DNA of 64,000 bases from Octopus vulgaris. Taxonomy: Eukaryota. The DNA is taken from NCBI GenBank assembly GCA_951406725.2, contig OX597814.1, forward strand, positions 36,704,001-36,768,000. The letters are read 5' to 3'. Below the pieces are notes generated by a model. It had not been told where the DNA came from. It saw nothing but the letters and a program-made list of their open reading frames with translations, and made no database searches. Shown one piece after another: positions 56,632 to 64,000 of this stretch (positions are counted from its first letter, which is position 1; each line of letters starts with the position of its first letter). The position numbers were made by a program, and so were the translations under genes.

Positions 56632-58185
56632 CAGTTAGCATTGGAAGGGTGAATAATTACTCAAAACACCAATATGAAACCAGGTAATGAAACGGAGAAA
56701 AGATAATTAATATAACACTAATTTGCAAATAATTTGCAAAAAAGTAATCAGTTTAGGAAAAGAAAAAGCACACCAATAGCGTAGGTTTATAGAATATTAC
56801 ATATACATTCCATGAACATTTAAAATGAAGATAATACGCATCAATAATCTAGTTTTCGTAATTGTTAGTTATTGCTAAAGCATTTTGAAATGGTGGCTAA
56901 ATGAATTAGTAATACAAGATAGAAACCGAAAACAGAAAATCTTTGACGGCATGTAGAGCAACCCTTCACAAAACTTTACCACGCATATAGAAAAGTAAGA
57001 AGCCGCTGCAAATAAAAAATACAACATATAACTATCTCCTATAAAAGAAAAAGATAATTTAACGAATAATGGAAGATTATTTTTGCAGAAGCAAAAACCA
57101 AATATAAAATGCATTACAAAAATAATGCCTACAAAACTAAATGGGGGAAATGGATAAAAATAAAGTATCAAATGTTTGGATGAGAAATGCAGGACTCAAA
57201 ACTGAAACCGATTATGTTTTATTTCTCTGTTGTAGCCCATAATCATTGATGTCCCCCTAGAAAGTATTAACTACGCGCAATGATGTCGAATAAAATAAAT
57301 AACCACAACGCATATTCATATGATTTCTGGCTGTCTAGTCTTAGACAAGAGTGAATAAGAAAATATGTATGGTAGACTTGTGGTTTTCATATATTTAAAG
57401 TTAAACCAGAATTATAAAACTCGGACGTTTAATATTTCTAGTACCAACGGAAATGATATACGTAAATACCAGAAAATGTCTCAAATAGTTAGGCAACTGT
57501 TCTATTCTATGAAACAATAGAAGACAAGGAGGTTACAGTAATCGATATTGTTGGCTAGTACCACCAGAGAATACCATTGGGACTAGTACCAAAGTACCAG
57601 CAAACTATAATATATTTTCGAAAAGAATGCGCAGACAAGGGATAAATAATGGTCATTGCACATTTCTTTATTGTAGTAAATTTGGCTTACGGCTGTTTCC
57701 AGTATTCATTATAGGTTCGTTATTGATAGATTTACATATTCGTCCTGATAGATTGAGAAAAGTTGAACGACCTAAACAATTAATGCTAATTTCGTCAGAG
57801 TCATTTCCGGTCATAAACATACACAACATATAGAAAATAGTGCGAATATGAATTTCGCATATATTACGTAGAATCATATCAAGAGAAAACACTAAGTCAA
57901 AACAAATCTCTATTGGTATTCAAAACTAACAGGGGTATATTTGGTTGAGCAATGAAAGCTCGCAATACAAATATAGCTCCTAAATATCATAAATACAGCC
58001 ATTTGTAAAGGGTGAAATATTAGTATCATGATTTGCATTGTTCGAGGGACTCTACCACTAACTTCAGCTGCAATAGTTAATGTTGTATATTTCTATAGAA
58101 CAATTGTAACTGATAAATTCTATCAACTTTTTTTTCTATGGATAGAAGGCAAGAGTTATAAACCATTTCTTGATACAAACATTAC

Positions 58186-58278
58186 CTGCAGAAAATCCAT
58201 TTTATGTAAGAACCTCTGTAAACTGGAAAACAATCTTTCATGTAAAACATGATACTTTTCCTTACAATTACCTTCTAT
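58186..58278 (-). CDS. Candidate internal coding exon (93 bp, phase 0-0) of an unidentified host gene
   Basis: Acceptor ttccttttgtttttatgcag, donor CAG|gtaatg, open frame IEGNCKEKYHVLHERLFSSLQRFLHKMDFLQ; no recognised homology. Confidence 0.3.
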
Positions 58279-60894
58279 CTGCATAAAAACAAAAGGAAAT
58301 GTAATAGTAATAAATAATAGCGAAGACTAAAAAAAAAATCTCAATTTATAAAACCTCGTGTTATTGCTATTTTCTACATGCAAAAAGTAACAAAGCAACC
58401 AACCAATTGATATTCTGTGTATCAAGAGTGCCATTATCCTTCCAAGCATCAAGTAGAAGAGTACTGAGATCAATAAAGATGTCAACTGAATTGAAGAATT
58501 GGCTATAATTTGGTTTAGTCTTTAGCAAAGGCAAGGCATAATTTCTGAACATCGTCCCAAACGAGTCGTACACATTATATACGTATGCATATACATTCCT
58601 ATGCACAATCACTCACACTCACATATACACATACACACGTATATAAATGCATATGTATATATATATATGTAGGTATGCATGCTTGTTTTTATCAATATGT
58701 ATATGGTGTGTGTGTGTACATTTGTTTGTGTGCATATGTATTTCTGTGTACACTCCTGCATATTTAGAAATGCTTAGACACATTTTTATACACACGCAGT
58801 CAAACGTGAACATAAATGCACTCACACATAGACACATAAACACATACATATGTGTGTACAGTGTGTATATTCTAATCTATATGTGAGTATTACTTGAAAG
58901 AGTTCGTCAGAGAGTGTTTTTTTCCAGTTTTGTTTGTAAATTTTTTCATGGTGTTATACAACTATCCTGACTAAAGTATCATCAGAAACAGAAAACAACC
59001 AAAAAATATCCAAGCACAAATCCATTCTAGATATATCTAATCTAATTTTCCGTTTTCTATGAATACCAATGAGATTTTGGATAGTATTTAGCTTTTTCGT
59101 CTTATAGATGTTTCCTTAAAAGTTTTTACAATATGCAACATGTCTGTTTCAATGTCACAAGTTTGCTAATGTATGATTGCCGTATTGCCGATGTTAATAA
59201 ATTCACACATATATTAACAAATGCAGCATTAGTCAGTGGCATATAATCACTTTGTTTACTGCATAGATATATTGCTTTAGTTAATATACTGTAATTTACA
59301 TAATCCTTAATTGTGATTTTATGTAAATAACTGCTTAATTATAATGTATATAGCTTTACAGAAGAATATTTTGGTATTATATACTAAAACCGTAATTCGC
59401 TTTGTCTAGTGCTACAGTTCTTTCTCATGCTTTGGATAATTAATTTCTACTAAAGACCAATTAATATATTTTTGTCTGTAGGATGTAGAAGTTTCTTTAT
59501 ATATCATAGTATTATCCATTGTATAGTTTATTGTATTATAAATGCAAATGAAGAAAACATTAATATGAAAATTGAACACACGCACACGCACATACATACA
59601 CACACTTGCATACACATACATACACACACTTGCATACACATACATACACACACAGATCAAGTAGTGGTGATCTAAATAACCATCGCAAATATGTTGGTAG
59701 TTCTCAAACGTTTATCAAGGTACTCACAAGTAATACATGAACACTCCCAATCATTCAAGCGGTCAGCAGAGGAGCCACTGTGATATTATACCGTTATAAA
59801 GTGTTCTTAACTCTCCTGTGCTGTGAATTCATATTTGTTGTAACAAGACGCTGCACATATTACATGGTTTATAATATAATAAAAGAACTAGAGTGGAGAG
59901 CTCAAATTTGTGACGGACGCGTTTCCACAGAGTGGTCATTTCTTCAATAATGCATATATTACATGCTGTTACGCAACTTACATTATTACATAAATTCACC
60001 ATTTCATTAGGCAATGTTGAGACTGTTACCAGTGAAACCAAACTATGATGAAATATATTTGCATATATTTGCAGATAAAAGTATTAAAAGCAACAGTTAC
60101 TTTGACAAAATACAATTTACAAAACCTTAAATTTTAGGTGTGTGTTTGAATCAATTCGCTTTATGTGCAACAGCAGCAAAGATAATAGTAATATCATAGT
60201 TGATGAGGCAATGGTCACTTAAACCTAACCATTTAACAGACAAAAGCATATATGAGATTGGAAGTGCAATTAGAGTTTTATCTAGTAGATATCTAGTGAA
60301 CAGAGTTCTGACATTTGAATATTGCATCGTTAGATCTTGTTAGCTCATTTTGATGTTCTATGTGACAGCTCACCTCTCATTAAGCTTGATTTGGACAAAA
60401 TTGCACCACTGTCTATAGATACATGTATCCAATGCTTTCTGTCATTATTCCTTGACCCATGTACTGAGGCACAATTGTACAGTCAGAAGTGTATCTTTGA
60501 GCCTGCATTTGCGGTATGTTTCTGATAAAAATACAGCAAATAGTGTCATAGCTATTCCTTTTTCAAACGGGATAATGTTTTCCGGTGGATCGAAAGACCT
60601 GTTGTACTCCTTACCGTGAGACGAAATCATCTTGACGGATCATTTCCTTCAGATATGTACTTAAAGCAGGAGAAATTATAAGGGTAATGATCCTAAAGAA
60701 TTGTTAGAAGGCCGGAAGAAATACTTAGCTTACCAGCATTTCTTCGGGTTTTACTTTCTGAGTTCAAATTCCGCCGAAATGAACTTTGATTTTCATCCTT
60801 TTGGGGGTAAATAAAATAAATATCAGTTGAGGATTAGGGTTGATGAAATTGACTGACCTCTTCCCACAAAATGTGCTTATATTAGAAACAATTA

Positions 60895-63038
<2,144 letters not shown>

Positions 63039-63055
63039 TATTATTATTATTATTA

Positions 63056-63101
<46 letters not shown>

Positions 63102-63340
63102 TTTTTTTTCTTCTTTCAAATTTACTTCCATTTCTTGCCGAGTGTCTTCCCGACTCCTAGGGCAAAGAAACTCATAGTATACATTGGTAGGCCATTAAAC
63201 CAAACTCAGTAGTTCGTTCATTTTTTTTTTTTTTTTAAAGTTAAAATACATGAGCAGCAACAGTTCTCACATCGACAATGCTCTTCTCAATACGTGTGAT
63301 GTACCAGTTAAGACAATCTTTTGCACTTCTTGCAGGGATG

Positions 63341-63384
<44 letters not shown>

Positions 63385-63669
63385 AAGCTACTACATGTTT
63401 TTTTAAGTAGGAGGGTTATTTACAAGCATAAGAAATCTCTTCAGATATCAAGAAAATTTCGTAGAACTCTTCCCTCCTCCTCCTCTTACACCCACTTCTT
63501 CATTTTCTTCTTCTTTTTCTTCTTCTTTTTCTTCTTCTTCTTCTTCTTCTTCTTCTTCTTCTTCTTCTTCTTCTACTTCTTCTTCTTCTTCTTCTTCTTA
63601 TTATTATTATTATTATATTTATTATTATTATTAGTAGTAGTATTAGTAGTAGTAGTAGTAGTAGCAGCA

Positions 63670-63990
63670 GTGGAGGCGCAATGGCCCAGTAGTTAGGGCA
63701 GCGGACTCACGGTCTGAAGATCGTGGTTTAGATTCCCAGACCGGGCGTTGTGTGTGTTTATTGAGCGAAAAAAACCTCAAAAGCTTTACGAGGCTTCGGC
63801 AGAGGGTGGTGGCGATTCCTGTTGTACTTTTACGCCCCAACTTTCTCTCACACTTTCTTCCTGTTTCTTGAGTAACGCTGCGATGAACTGGCCTCCCGTC
63901 CAACTGGGGGGAACACATACGTCACAGAAACCGGGAAACCGGACCCATGAGCCTGACTAGGCTTGAAAAGGGCGCATAAATAAATAAATA
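63670..63990 (+). mobile_element. SINE with family-3 head and a different tail, ending in (TAAA)n
   Basis: Head matches 35725-35918; flanked by (TAG)n on both sides. Confidence 0.8.
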
Positions 63991-64000
63991 AGTAGTAGTA

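Overview
AT-rich, microsatellite-saturated eukaryotic DNA. The repeat repertoire looks like a coleoid cephalopod (octopus-like), which is an inference. No intact host gene is recognisable, and most track ORFs are microsatellite artefacts. The window is a transposon graveyard. It holds a full-length 6.1-kb Helitron (12264-18390) with a disabled Rep/Pif1-helicase ORF carrying ten 23-aa STPR-like repeats, RTE and Tx1/L1-type LINE relics, and about eight fragments of an R4/Dong-like REL-endonuclease LINE, most of them abutting (TAA)n arrays. It also holds a mariner relic, a Tigger-like MITE, at least three tRNA-derived SINE families and a ~0.9-kb-arm inverted duplication (41931-44929). The most unusual signal is a non-coding Penelope-terminal-repeat/retrozyme-like element (two families, five copies). 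It carries all hammerhead ribozyme core motifs with co-varying stems, but its three strands are in a scrambled order that matches none of the type I/II/III circular permutations, implying a pseudoknotted or trans/dimeric hammerhead.
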